64,000 nucleotides of DNA from Bacteroidales bacterium (GTDB lineage: Bacteria > Bacteroidota > Bacteroidia > Bacteroidales > UBA932). Shown piece by piece: positions 38,601 to 48,436 of this stretch. The stretch covers positions 24,325 to 88,324 of the forward strand of contig JAFRXI010000018.1 in the NCBI GenBank assembly GCA_017437755.1, given 5' to 3'. The notes beneath the pieces are model-generated. The model made no database searches. It worked only from the letters and a program-made list of their open reading frames with translations, and was not told the origin of the DNA. The stretch's first letter is position 1. Every line of letters begins with the position of its first letter. The position numbers were made by a program, and so were the translations under genes.

Positions 38601-38786
38601 AGGGTGAAGTGGATCAAGGGCCTGGACGTAAGCTTTACGGTCCGCAATCCGTATGTGTTCACAAAGTATTCCGGATGGGATCCCGACGTGAGCAGCTACA
38701 CCAACGACAGCAAGAGAGTGGGCGTGGACTGGGGTTCGTACCCTTCCGCCAGGGCCTATGTGCTTGGATTAGTTTTGACCTTCTAA
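35643..38786 (+). CDS. susC: SusC/RagA TonB-dependent transporter (PUL2)
   Basis: Complete architecture: LEDAVVIGYG, ILKDASATAIYGS, C-terminal Phe. Confidence 0.97.
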   Translation: MKNNIFIKTICLILLLAMTALPSSAQGRHSISGKVVDGSSAPVWGATVSVKGTTTGAITGQDGSFTLDTGREGNVEIEVQCLGYNSVSQTVASGTKGLVFVVEESTEFLEDAVVIGYGTVRKSDMTGSVSSVKIDEVQAAQAVSFDKLLQGRAAGVQVTTGSAAPGGAVSIKIRGTSTFNGTSEPLYVVDGIILNPASQDVSNPIGSTGQESQNALTSINPNDIASMEILKDASATAIYGSMGANGVVLITTKSGTSSKPQISFSSNVEISQAYKKIRLLNFEEFKEYAGAVGYTVKDPDYLTPMDWQDYTLRTAVSTNNRVTVSGKSKETNYYLAVGFLNNQGILKNTGVSQGDLRMNIDQKVGSRLKVGLRTSLVSRGNTMTQGTEPGGTQNATRATNMLRQMLGSKPYLINEGAEDFEEDALRGTDIWLKNYDDKAREYRANVAAYADVKILEELSFKSTFGVDYRFKERTRWYGDKIDNARNGRGGYSSLNAFRYNWDNVLSWNRKFGRHHRLNATAGMSTTYYSVHNHTVDAQDFPDHGFRAAGIYMAKTQSPYYSEEESSLLSFFVRGIYSYRDRYILTATFRADGSSKFSKSNRFSYFPSFAFAWNVKKEGFMKNVDAISALKLRLGWGLVGNQGVSPYQTLTVYNSIWMASPTSDYTANPNGEYLIGIKPSLMSNSALKWETTEQYNIGLDLSMFHDRLNLTADLYQKYTKDLLQSISIPPSTGFSSMWVNRGEIDNKGLEISVDGIPVDTRDFSWTIGGNISFNRNKIADIGIPEAEWGALYGSAFLGSDIGNDATYFKMPANIYMKDQPFGMFYGFKTDGLVQQSDIDAGNLPTYRGVAFKPGDVKYLDTNKDGDITDLDKTIIGNPNPKFTYGFNTSFIYRNWTLSATFYGVYGNQIVNGNLMQENDTNPANPGQNINNIRADAFYKAWTEDNTDTWYPRLRSTTKVGEFTDRLIEDGSYLRISSVSLGYSLSFERVKWIKGLDVSFTVRNPYVFTKYSGWDPDVSSYTNDSKRVGVDWGSYPSARAYVLGLVLTF

Positions 38787-38798
38787 TCGACTCGGATC

Positions 38799-40466
38799 AT
38801 GAAAAAGATAATTGCAATAACAATGGCTGCGGCCATGATGGCATCCTGCTCGGGCTTCCTGGAAGAACACCCTGCCACGCAGTTCAGCCGCGACCAGGCT
38901 TACTCCACCAACGAAAGCGCCCAGGCTACGGTCAACGCATGCTATGCCTACCTGTCCAATTACCGGCTTTACGGTCAGAAGCTCCAGATAGTCCTGTGCG
39001 GAAGCGCGGCCACAATGAGCATCGGAAACACCACGTCGCAGTATCTGGTGGACCTTTCTTCGCTTAATATCCAGACCAACAATTCCGCCGTGGACGATGT
39101 ATACCATGGCTCGTACCAGACCATCAACGCCGTGAATGACGTGCTCCTGAACCTGCCGGAGTATTCTTCCGTGGACCAGGACATAAAACAGCGGCTCCTG
39201 GGAGAGTGCCACTTCATCCGCGCGCTGGTCTATTTCAACCTGGTAAGGATGATCGGGCCGGTTCCCCTTGTGGAAACCCCGGCGACTTCAATAGAGAGCG
39301 CCCACCGTTCCCGTACTCCCATAGACAAGATTTACGAGCTGATAATCAGCGACCTGGACAAGGCGTTCGAAATGCTTCCGGATCCGGGCTCGCAACCCAA
39401 GGGAAGGCCCAGCAAGTACGCCGCCGAAGCCCTTCTTTCCAAGGTGCACGTGGCCATGGCCTGCATCAAGGAACATCCCGGAGATCCGTTTGACGCCTCG
39501 TGGCTTACCGACGCCTCATCGGCCTACTGGCAGAAGGCGTATGACGAAGCGCTGGATGTGGTTACGAACGGCGGATACTCGCTCGTCTCCAACTTCGCGG
39601 ACCTGTGGAAATGGGACAACAAGTACTCGAGCGAGTCCATCTTCGAACTTGAGGAGAACAAGGTCACCGGAAGCTGCTCGTTCATGTACCATTACCTGCC
39701 CGGTTACTGGGAAGGCGTGCCGCTTACCTCTTCCAGCAACAACTACGGCCGTATAAGGGCGCTGAGGGAGAGCTGGGACCTCCACCACGACACTTATCCC
39801 GGCGACTGGAGGATGGACGTTACCTATATCGATTCCACCTATCATCGTAACACGGCTACGGCATCGAGTCCCGGAAAGCTTTATTACACATATCCTTACA
39901 CCACCGACAACATTCCGGAAGGAGCGTCCGCTTCGGACCTTTCCACGTCGGAGGAACTGCCTTACATAAAGAAATACGTCGACCCCAACTTTACGGCGAC
40001 CGACGCCAATGTGAACGTTATCGTGCTCAGGCTGGCCGACGTTATCCTGACTCTTGCCGAGGCGGCCAACGAACTTGGGAAGACCCCCGAGGCAATAGGA
40101 TATGTCAACCGCCTGATGCTGAGGGCCCGGACTGCCGACGACGGCTTCAGGGATGTCCCGGCCGACTGGCCACTGACGATGAGCCAGCAGGAGGTCCGGG
40201 ACAGGATCATGACCGAAAGGCTGATAGAACTGAAGGCCGAATTCACCGAGTGGTTCGACAACCGCCGCCGCGGGACCGCCCACCTGCTTGACATAATGAC
40301 AAAGCACAACCAGAGGATTACGGGCCTTACCAAGAACAGTACGTACGACTATTTCTTCGAGCTTACCGAAAGGAACGCGAAGAAGAACCTGCTGCTGCCC
40401 TTCCCGTTGTCGGAGATATCCACCAACAACAACATTACCGAGAAGGACCAGAACCTGTATTACTAA
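38799..40466 (+). CDS. susD: SusD/RagB lipoprotein (PUL2)
   Basis: Lipobox MASC; GECHFIRALVYFNLVR, LRLADVIL, ERLIEL..E..WFD. Confidence 0.95.
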   Translation: MKKIIAITMAAAMMASCSGFLEEHPATQFSRDQAYSTNESAQATVNACYAYLSNYRLYGQKLQIVLCGSAATMSIGNTTSQYLVDLSSLNIQTNNSAVDDVYHGSYQTINAVNDVLLNLPEYSSVDQDIKQRLLGECHFIRALVYFNLVRMIGPVPLVETPATSIESAHRSRTPIDKIYELIISDLDKAFEMLPDPGSQPKGRPSKYAAEALLSKVHVAMACIKEHPGDPFDASWLTDASSAYWQKAYDEALDVVTNGGYSLVSNFADLWKWDNKYSSESIFELEENKVTGSCSFMYHYLPGYWEGVPLTSSSNNYGRIRALRESWDLHHDTYPGDWRMDVTYIDSTYHRNTATASSPGKLYYTYPYTTDNIPEGASASDLSTSEELPYIKKYVDPNFTATDANVNVIVLRLADVILTLAEAANELGKTPEAIGYVNRLMLRARTADDGFRDVPADWPLTMSQQEVRDRIMTERLIELKAEFTEWFDNRRRGTAHLLDIMTKHNQRITGLTKNSTYDYFFELTERNAKKNLLLPFPLSEISTNNNITEKDQNLYY

Positions 40467-40485
40467 TCAGTAAAATCGCAACATT

Positions 40486-42801
40486 ATGAAATACAGAGCA
40501 TTAATGGCCGCCAGCCTCCTTATTGCCTTTATCTCGTGCAATAAGGAGCAGGACTGGTACAACGCCGGCACCACCACTCCGGACGCCGCGATAAGCGAGA
40601 CAGAACTTGTCCTTGACGGAAAGAGTGAGAGCGCCGAGATAAACCTGGCCACGAACATGTGGTGGAAGGCCCGGGTGGAATATCCTGCGGGAACCACCGA
40701 CAAGTGGTGCATCCTCGAGCCCGACCACGGTTTCGGAAAGGTTCAGATCAAGGTCACCAGCACCAGGAACTATCTTGAAAAGGACAGGTCTGCGGTGATA
40801 GTGGTCGAGGGGGATGACGAGAACACCCATTTCCGCAAGGAGTTCACCGTCACCCAGAAGGCATCCAACCCCTATGTGGAAATAACCGGGATGGAGGGGA
40901 CGGAACTGCAGGTTCCGATCGTGAGGAGCGTCAACACGGTGGCTGTAAAGTCCAACAACGAGTGGACGGCCACCTCCGACAAGGACTGGTGCAAGGTTAC
41001 CGGTTCCGGAGCCAAGGGAGACGGATCCCTTGAGGTGGAATGCCAGATCAACACCACAGGGGCTGTGAGGACCGCGCAGGTGAACATCGTTTCAAAGACG
41101 AATTCCGCCGTCACCGGAAGGATCACGGTCATACAGAGCGAGAAGTTCGATGCCGCAGTACTTCAGGTGGAGAAGACCCCCACGGTATTCAAGGCCACCT
41201 GGACCAGCGTGGTGGGAGCCGCCAAGTACGAGATCCACGTGTTGAAGTCCGACGGAACCGAGTCGGTTATCGACGCCGGCCTGGAAACCTCCTGTGACCT
41301 GGCAGCGGATCCCCTGTTCGCGACCCCTGAATATGCCGGACATGTGGTCCTGAGCATCGTCACCGTATCGGAAGACCCTTCCGTTTTCTCCACCAGCAAC
41401 ACCGTTGAGGCAAACAGCCACTTCACTTCCGGAAAGGGAACCGCCGCAGATCCGTTCGTGATTGGCGACAAGGAGAGCCTCGCCAATATAGGCATCGCCA
41501 ACAAGGTACTGCCGGGGGCTTGCTATAAACTGTCGTATGTCCCTGAAATGGGCGGGTTTATGCCTCTTTGCTCCGCTGCCGACCCGTTTGCCGGGAACTT
41601 CGACGGCGACGGAAAGACCATCTCGGGCTGGAAGCCCACGGTCATGGCCGACGAGGATCCGGCCTACGGATTCTTCAGGGCCGTGGCCGAAGGCGCATCG
41701 GTCAAAAACCTCAAGTTCTCCGGCTGCATCCTGTCGCTCACCAAGGGAGAGGGAAGCGTGTCGTCCAGCAATAACGGAATGGGATTCGTGGCCGGTATCA
41801 ATGCCGGGGAGATTTCGGACATCACCCTGAACGAGTGTTCCGTGTCCACCGAGGCAGGGACATCTCCCATCACCATAGGCGCTGTGGCGGGACAGAATTC
41901 GGGCAAGGTCCTGAGGTGTTCCTCTGCTGGAGGCCGCCTGAGCGCCGCTGAGGACAGGAACAAGTCCGACGAGTTCAACTGCGGCGGAATAGTTGGCTAC
42001 AACACCGCCACGGGCGAAATCAACGGATGCACAAACGCCAATGAGATAATAGCGATGAACATCGTGGGCGGAATAGCCGGATACAACGACGGAAAGATCG
42101 TTTCCTGCGGCAACAGGGGAAAGATTACCGCCAACTACTATTTCGGAGGCGTAGCCGGTTACGTAAAGACCACCGGAAAGGGGACCTTCAAGATTTCAAA
42201 ATGCTACAATACCGGAACCCTGGTAATGGACGAACCCGCCGGATTCGGCCGTGGAGCTGCGTACGTGGGTGGAATCGTCTCCAGGGTACACAGTACCGGA
42301 ACTGCCGTGGAGCAGTGCTTCAACAGCGGGGAACTCATCATAGGAACAACCGTTTCATCCTCGGCGATGAGGATCGGTGGTATTGTGGGCCACATGAACA
42401 ACACCGGAACGGTCACCGACTGCTATTTCTGCGGGAACGCCACAATCGCCGGAAATGCCAACTACGGCGGAATAGTGGGTGAGTTTGCCGACAAGGCCTG
42501 CACCATCCAGAACTGCTACAGCGTTGGCAAGCTGACAAAGACCGAAACGGCCGGAGGTATCCTGAACGACGGATTCGGCAAGTGCGCCAAGAGTGCCAAG
42601 ATCAAGTCCTGCTACGCCCTGTCCAACGGCGGCAGCACATTCATCGGCGGTACCACCACAAATGTGTCGTCGGAGTGCGCATACAAGACCGACGCCGAAC
42701 TCAAGACGCAGTCCACGTTCTCCGGTTGGGACTTCTCAACTGTCTGGAAGATAGGTGGTTCTTACGCATATCCCCAGCTGGTTGAGGTGCCGCACATGTG
42801 A
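40486..42801 (+). CDS. Surface lipoprotein with two BACON domains and a GLUG-repeat beta-helix
   Basis: Lipobox FISC; W...W..R.A.I...TVTQ BACON pattern twice; GKGTAADPFVI, FDGDGKTI, repeated GGIVG-N. Confidence 0.82.
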   Translation: MKYRALMAASLLIAFISCNKEQDWYNAGTTTPDAAISETELVLDGKSESAEINLATNMWWKARVEYPAGTTDKWCILEPDHGFGKVQIKVTSTRNYLEKDRSAVIVVEGDDENTHFRKEFTVTQKASNPYVEITGMEGTELQVPIVRSVNTVAVKSNNEWTATSDKDWCKVTGSGAKGDGSLEVECQINTTGAVRTAQVNIVSKTNSAVTGRITVIQSEKFDAAVLQVEKTPTVFKATWTSVVGAAKYEIHVLKSDGTESVIDAGLETSCDLAADPLFATPEYAGHVVLSIVTVSEDPSVFSTSNTVEANSHFTSGKGTAADPFVIGDKESLANIGIANKVLPGACYKLSYVPEMGGFMPLCSAADPFAGNFDGDGKTISGWKPTVMADEDPAYGFFRAVAEGASVKNLKFSGCILSLTKGEGSVSSSNNGMGFVAGINAGEISDITLNECSVSTEAGTSPITIGAVAGQNSGKVLRCSSAGGRLSAAEDRNKSDEFNCGGIVGYNTATGEINGCTNANEIIAMNIVGGIAGYNDGKIVSCGNRGKITANYYFGGVAGYVKTTGKGTFKISKCYNTGTLVMDEPAGFGRGAAYVGGIVSRVHSTGTAVEQCFNSGELIIGTTVSSSAMRIGGIVGHMNNTGTVTDCYFCGNATIAGNANYGGIVGEFADKACTIQNCYSVGKLTKTETAGGILNDGFGKCAKSAKIKSCYALSNGGSTFIGGTTTNVSSECAYKTDAELKTQSTFSGWDFSTVWKIGGSYAYPQLVEVPHM

Positions 42802-42822
42802 TTTATTCAAGATTATTCAATG

Positions 42823-42849
42823 AGGCCGGCTGCAATGTCGGCCTTTTTT
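42823..42849 (+). terminator. Rho-independent terminator after the PUL2 susC/D operon
   Basis: AGGCCGGC-tgcaat-GTCGGCCT stem followed by a T run. Confidence 0.8.
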
Positions 42850-42864
42850 CTTATCTTGACGGGG

Positions 42865-45800
42865 ATGAAAAAGACGCTCCTTCTGATAACAGCCTGCATC
42901 CTGGCCGGTCTGCCCCTCATGGCCGGCAGGCTGCACTTTGACAATATCTCCACCGAGTCCGGCCTGTCCAACAAGATGGTGCTTTCAATAGCGCAGGATA
43001 CCACGGGCTTTATCTGGATAGCTACGGCCGAGGGCCTTAACCGCTACGACGGCTCGGTGTTCAAGGTATACCTCCACCGGCCGGGAGATGAACTCAGCCT
43101 TGGGGCGTCGTGGGTGAACGACCTGCTTGTGACCAGGGAGGGAACACTTCTGGTGGCGACGGAAATGGGCCTGAATGTGTTTGATCCCGTGAGCGACTCC
43201 TTTTCCGTGGCGGAGGCATCGGACGATTCGCAACACCTGCTTTCCACCATGCGTTTCAAATGCCTTTTCGAGGATTCGGGAGGCATATGGGCGGGCACTT
43301 CCGAGGGCCTTGTAAGGCTCAGGTATCCCGACAGGTCGGTTTCCCTGACAAAGCTCTCCGCCTCTTCCGGCGACGCCCGGGCCAACGAGGTCAAGGGCAT
43401 CCTGCGCGACGGCCTGGGCCGTCTCTGGGCCGCCTCCTTCGACGGCCTCTACCTGCTGGACGGGAACGGAAACCCAATCCGGAGATTCATCGTCCGTCCC
43501 CAGGGAAACTATTATCAGAAAAACAATTACGTGTCGTCGCTCTGTTATGTCAAGGAGGATCCGGACCACCTTTACATTGGCACGTCCAACGGTCTGGCCA
43601 TAATGGATACCGATGATTTTACCTGCCGTTACCTTACCAGCCAGGGCTCCGGGCTCTGCGACGACGACCTGAAATTCATCAGTTCCCTGGATGCCGGTCA
43701 CCTGATAATAGGCACGTCCAACGGACTTTCGGTCTTTTCCCTCTCTTCAGGCGGGTTCGAGAATTATTCCAGTACGCTTCTGGACAGGACCTCAATCGCC
43801 AGCCAGACGGTATGGTGCTCGTTTGAGGACCGCCTTGGGGTGGTATGGCTTGGTACCAGCAACGGTATCTCCAAGATGGACAAGAACCGCAAGAGCCTGG
43901 ATTTCTTCAGGATAGTGACAACCGAAAAAGAGATGGTGAGGGAGGTGATGGTAAACGACCTGGCTTTCGTTCCCGGCGGGAACCTCTGGATCGGGACCAA
44001 CGGGGGAATCAGGGTTTACGGTCCCGGGATGAACCGTGAAAAGAGTTACAGTCTTGGCAGCAGCGGCCTGCCCCATAACATCATAAAGAGGATACTGGTC
44101 TGCGCCGGCGGTACCGTCTGGGTGGGGACCAACAACGGAATCGCTTATTACGACAGGGTCCGGGACCGCTTTGTCCCCGTTCCGCCCAACCTTCCCGACG
44201 TAAGCCTGAATTATGTCTACGACATGATCGAGACTCCCGACGGGAAAATAGTGGTGAACATAAGCAACGGGCTGTGCATCTTTTCTCCGTCCTATACCCG
44301 CTCCGGAACCGTTTCCTCCTATAGTTGTAAGGCCGTGAGGCTGGGGGGAATGGTGGCGTCGGACAATACCGACATAACCTATCTTGACTGCGGGGCCGAC
44401 GGAAGGATATGGTTCGGTACCATCAACGACGGTCTGTTCTCCTATGACGATGCTTCCGGAAAGATCGTGCAGTATCCTTTCCGCAAGGATGATCCCAAAA
44501 GCATCAGCAGCAACCGCATATATACCATCCATGTGGATTCCTCGGGTGCGGTATGGGTGGGTACGGACATGGGCCTTTGCCGGCTGGACCCCGCGACCGG
44601 GGAATTCCGCCGCTTCCAGGACGACCCGGTGCTTTCCAGGGCGGTGAGGACGATTACGTCGGACCCGCAGGGCAGGATCTGGCTGTGCCTGCTTAACAAG
44701 ATTGTGATGCTGGATTACGCCACCGGGAATAAGACGGTTTGCGACGTGGGACATGACGTTGATTGTAACGAGCTGGAATACAATAGCTTCTGCAATAACG
44801 GAGACCTGCTCTATTTTGGAGGATACGGCGGATTCGTGAAGGTGAATCCCTTTTCGGTGAAGGTCAACAACGTAAGGGCGCCCATGAGGATAACCGGCGT
44901 GGGAATAGCGGGGAAGGGCGATTATCCTTCCGTGCCGAGGGAGAAGCTGGTGCTCTCTCCCCGGAACAATACCGTCTCCATTTCCTTCTCGCTCCTGTAC
45001 TATTCGTCGGAGGCCAACAACAGCTACGACTACCGCCTGGAGGGCCACGACCAGATGTGGCATCACACCGAGGGCTCCCGGAACATGGTCACCTTTTCAA
45101 ACCTCAGCCCGGGGAACTACCGTTTTGTAGTGAGGGGATATAACTCCGACGGGGTGTTCGGGGGCGTGGACTCGTTCAGTTTCAGGATTCAGAAGCCCAT
45201 GTGGGTCCGGTGGTGGGCGATTCTGCTCTACCTGGCCGTCATTGCGGCCATAATAGGGATAGTGGTATGGCAGATGATGGTACACCGGCGACTTTCCAGC
45301 CAGCTGGACGCTGAAAAGGAGGAAAGGAGCCGCGTTGAATCGCTCAACAAGGTGAAAATGAATTTCTTCACCAATATCTCCCATGAGTTCAAGACTCCGC
45401 TTTCACTGATCCTGGGGCCGCTGGAGAGCATGATGGAGGGCGCTTCGGACCGGAAGCAGCTTGCCATGATGGAACTCATGAAGCAGAACGGGGAGAGGAT
45501 GCTCAGGCAGATAAACCAGATACTGGAACTCAGGGAGGTTGACAACGACAAGCTTTCCTTCGTGCCGTCGTCAGGGGACCTGGTACCTTTTGCCAGGCAT
45601 GTGTTCGACTCCTTCCAGGAAAACGCCAGGAGACGGAACATGACCTGCGAGTTCATCGCAGAGGATGAGCTGCCGTGCACCTTCGACAAGGAGAAGATGG
45701 AGCATATCCTCTATAACCTGCTGTCAAACGCCTTCAAGTTCACTCCTGACGGGGGAACGGTCCAGCTGAGCCTGTCGTATCAGGACACCAAGCCGGAGCC

Positions 45801-46842
45801 CAAGGTGAAGGTCTCCGTCACGGATTCCGGGCAGGGGATAACCGAGGCCGACCTGCCGCATATCTTCGACCGTTTCTACCAGGGCGAGGCGCGGTGTTAC
45901 GAAAAGATCAGCAGCACGGGGATCGGACTGGGGCTTACAAAGGATTTCGTGGAACTCCACGGTGGCAGCATTTCGGTGGAAAGCGTCCGCGGTGAGGGCA
46001 GTTCCTTTACCTTTACCATACCTTGCCGGCTCGGAGAGGTTGATGGCCAGGGTCCGGAACCGGCCTTGTCCGACCCTTCGGACAGGAAGATAGTGGTCAT
46101 CGACGACAATGCCGATATCATTTCATTCATCAAGCTCAATCTCGGGGAGACTTTCACGGTCCTGTCGAGTACATCGCCCGAAAAGGGACTGGCACTGATC
46201 AGGGAGACCTGTCCCGACGTCGTCATCCTGGACGTCATGATGCCGGACATGGACGGAATAGAACTCTGCCGCAGGCTGCGTTCCGACCAGCTGACATCCC
46301 ATATCCCGGTCATTTTCCTGACGGCGAAGGGTACTGAGGACGACATCGCCAGGGGATACGGGGCCGGGGCCGACGGGTATCTGACAAAACCGTTCTCAAT
46401 CAAGGTATTGACCGCCAAGATAGACATATTGATCAAGTCCAGGGAAAGCCTCAAGGAATATTACCGGAACATGATCCAGAACCGCGGGGCGGAAATAAGC
46501 ATGGAGACGGAGGACGACCGTTTCATGGGATCGCTGATAGGGGAGATAGAGAAGAATATCGACAATTCCGAGTATTCTGTCCAGGACCTTTGCCGTGACC
46601 TTGGCTATTCCTATCTCCAGATATACCGGAAGGTGAAGGCCCTGACCGGCATCACAATCAACGAGTTCATCCGGAACCTCAGGCTGTCAAAGGCGGCGTA
46701 CCTGCTGGAGAATTCGGAAATGCGGGTGTCGGAAATCATGTACAGCGTGGGATTCAGTACGCATTCCTATTTTACACGCTGCTTCAAGGACCTGTACGGG
46801 GTGACCCCCAAGGAGTATTCGGCCGGCCGCCGGGAAGAATGA
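42865..46842 (+). CDS. Hybrid two-component system (beta-propeller sensor, YYY, histidine kinase, receiver, AraC)
   Basis: Repeated W.GT..GL blades, FSNLSPGNYRF, FFTNISHEFKTPL, LDVMMPDMDG, GFSTHSYFTRCFK. Confidence 0.97.
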   Translation: MKKTLLLITACILAGLPLMAGRLHFDNISTESGLSNKMVLSIAQDTTGFIWIATAEGLNRYDGSVFKVYLHRPGDELSLGASWVNDLLVTREGTLLVATEMGLNVFDPVSDSFSVAEASDDSQHLLSTMRFKCLFEDSGGIWAGTSEGLVRLRYPDRSVSLTKLSASSGDARANEVKGILRDGLGRLWAASFDGLYLLDGNGNPIRRFIVRPQGNYYQKNNYVSSLCYVKEDPDHLYIGTSNGLAIMDTDDFTCRYLTSQGSGLCDDDLKFISSLDAGHLIIGTSNGLSVFSLSSGGFENYSSTLLDRTSIASQTVWCSFEDRLGVVWLGTSNGISKMDKNRKSLDFFRIVTTEKEMVREVMVNDLAFVPGGNLWIGTNGGIRVYGPGMNREKSYSLGSSGLPHNIIKRILVCAGGTVWVGTNNGIAYYDRVRDRFVPVPPNLPDVSLNYVYDMIETPDGKIVVNISNGLCIFSPSYTRSGTVSSYSCKAVRLGGMVASDNTDITYLDCGADGRIWFGTINDGLFSYDDASGKIVQYPFRKDDPKSISSNRIYTIHVDSSGAVWVGTDMGLCRLDPATGEFRRFQDDPVLSRAVRTITSDPQGRIWLCLLNKIVMLDYATGNKTVCDVGHDVDCNELEYNSFCNNGDLLYFGGYGGFVKVNPFSVKVNNVRAPMRITGVGIAGKGDYPSVPREKLVLSPRNNTVSISFSLLYYSSEANNSYDYRLEGHDQMWHHTEGSRNMVTFSNLSPGNYRFVVRGYNSDGVFGGVDSFSFRIQKPMWVRWWAILLYLAVIAAIIGIVVWQMMVHRRLSSQLDAEKEERSRVESLNKVKMNFFTNISHEFKTPLSLILGPLESMMEGASDRKQLAMMELMKQNGERMLRQINQILELREVDNDKLSFVPSSGDLVPFARHVFDSFQENARRRNMTCEFIAEDELPCTFDKEKMEHILYNLLSNAFKFTPDGGTVQLSLSYQDTKPEPKVKVSVTDSGQGITEADLPHIFDRFYQGEARCYEKISSTGIGLGLTKDFVELHGGSISVESVRGEGSSFTFTIPCRLGEVDGQGPEPALSDPSDRKIVVIDDNADIISFIKLNLGETFTVLSSTSPEKGLALIRETCPDVVILDVMMPDMDGIELCRRLRSDQLTSHIPVIFLTAKGTEDDIARGYGAGADGYLTKPFSIKVLTAKIDILIKSRESLKEYYRNMIQNRGAEISMETEDDRFMGSLIGEIEKNIDNSEYSVQDLCRDLGYSYLQIYRKVKALTGITINEFIRNLRLSKAAYLLENSEMRVSEIMYSVGFSTHSYFTRCFKDLYGVTPKEYSAGRREE

Positions 46843-46901
46843 CATGCCGGGAAGGGACGATAATTAATTATTCATTATATTTGCGGAAACAGTTATAGAT
46901 C

Positions 46902-47531
46902 ATGAAGAAACTGATAATTGCATTGTTTGGCCTGTGTGCCTTTGCCGCAGGTGTTTTTGCCCAGACTCACCAAGAGATCCTTGACAGGATGTGCCAGGTC
47001 GTCAACGAGGGGGAGACAAAGGGCCTGTCCATGGTAATTGATATGAAGATCCCCATCATCGGGACCCTTTCCTCGACTATCATAAGCAAGGGCGACAAGA
47101 GCCGTATTGACAGCAAGCTGATGGGCAAGCAGATAATCGTCTGGACCGACAAGGATACCGAATGGGAGTATTCCGGCGTCGATAACGAGATAACGATCAA
47201 GACTCTCCCTCCCGACAAGAAGACCGAGGCGGCGGAAAACCTGGATATGTTTGACGGATTGACCGTGGGTTACGACACCGTGTTGAATAAGGAGACCGAC
47301 ACCACCTGGGAGTTCAGGCTGAACAAGAGAAGGGACAACACCGAGAAAGACGACCCGAAGCGCGTTGACGTGGTGGTGGAAAAGGGCACGTACTTGCCTA
47401 GGAGTATAACCACCAGCCTGTCCGGAGTCAAGATGACCATGCGGAACTTCACATTCAAGATATCCGAAAAGGACCTGACTTTCAACAAGGCCGATTTCCC
47501 TGACGCCAAGATCGTGGACAACCGGAACTAA
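46902..47531 (+). CDS. LolA-like exported protein
   Basis: Signal peptide; KGDKSR..WTDKDTEWEY..NEITI; FNKADFPDAKIVDNR end; -7 box TATATTTG at 46876-46883. Confidence 0.65.
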   Translation: MKKLIIALFGLCAFAAGVFAQTHQEILDRMCQVVNEGETKGLSMVIDMKIPIIGTLSSTIISKGDKSRIDSKLMGKQIIVWTDKDTEWEYSGVDNEITIKTLPPDKKTEAAENLDMFDGLTVGYDTVLNKETDTTWEFRLNKRRDNTEKDDPKRVDVVVEKGTYLPRSITTSLSGVKMTMRNFTFKISEKDLTFNKADFPDAKIVDNRN

Positions 47532-48436
47532 AACGCTGCCCGGAGGACTTCGGCCACGTTGCCGGATTTACCCATCGTGTAGAAATGTATTGCAGGGACT
47601 CCATGGGACAGGAGATCCCTGCATTGCGTTATGCACCAGTCGATTCCGATACGCCTGACCTCCTCTTTTGAGTTTCCCGCACTGCGGACCGCTTCAGTGA
47701 GGGCCACGGGTATGTCGATAGAGAAGGATTCCGGAAGGAGTTCCACCTGGCGGGCGGTTGTGAGCGGCTTCAGGCCGGGGATTATGGGCACGGTGATTCC
47801 GGCTGCGCGGCACATCTCCACAAAACGGTAGAAAACGCCGTTGTCGAAGAACATCTGTGTGATTATGTAGTGGGCGCCCGCGTCCACCTTTGCCTTCAGG
47901 CAGGCTATGTCCGTCTGGAGGTTGGGGGCCTCGAAATGCTTCTCGGGGTATCCTCCCACACCCACGCAGAAGCCCCCATGCTCCCGGATGGCGCTTACCA
48001 GCTCGCTCGCATGCGAATATCCGTCAGGCTCAGGGGAAAAGCGTTTTTCGCCGGCCAGGGAGTCCCCGCGGAGAGCCATCACGTTCTCTATGCCCATGAA
48101 GCGGAAGTCCTGCAGCAGCCATTCGATTTTCCTGGCGCTTTGTCCGGCGCAGATTATATGCGGGACCACCTCCACGGGGAAATTGGCCTGAATGCAGGCG
48201 CAGACGGCTACGGGGGAGACCCGGCTCCGGACCACTTCGCGCCTGAAGCTGCCGTCGGCCTGGGGGATGAAACTGAGCTCGTCGCGGTGGTTGGTTACAT
48301 TTATGTAGCGGGGCTGGAACTCCATCAGGGGACGTATGCTGTCCAGAAGTTCCTGCTGGGTGATGCCGCTCAGCGGCGGAACGATTTCCAGGGAAGGGAA
48401 AGGATGCCCGGAGGAGAGTAGGTCGGTGATTTTCAT
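47528..48436 (-). CDS. metF: 5,10-methylenetetrahydrofolate reductase
   Basis: SLEIVPP, MALRGD, GYPEKH, KVDAGA..ITQMFFD, HFYTM. Confidence 0.96.
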   Translation of the reverse strand: MKITDLLSSGHPFPSLEIVPPLSGITQQELLDSIRPLMEFQPRYINVTNHRDELSFIPQADGSFRREVVRSRVSPVAVCACIQANFPVEVVPHIICAGQSARKIEWLLQDFRFMGIENVMALRGDSLAGEKRFSPEPDGYSHASELVSAIREHGGFCVGVGGYPEKHFEAPNLQTDIACLKAKVDAGAHYIITQMFFDNGVFYRFVEMCRAAGITVPIIPGLKPLTTARQVELLPESFSIDIPVALTEAVRSAGNSKEEVRRIGIDWCITQCRDLLSHGVPAIHFYTMGKSGNVAEVLRAAF

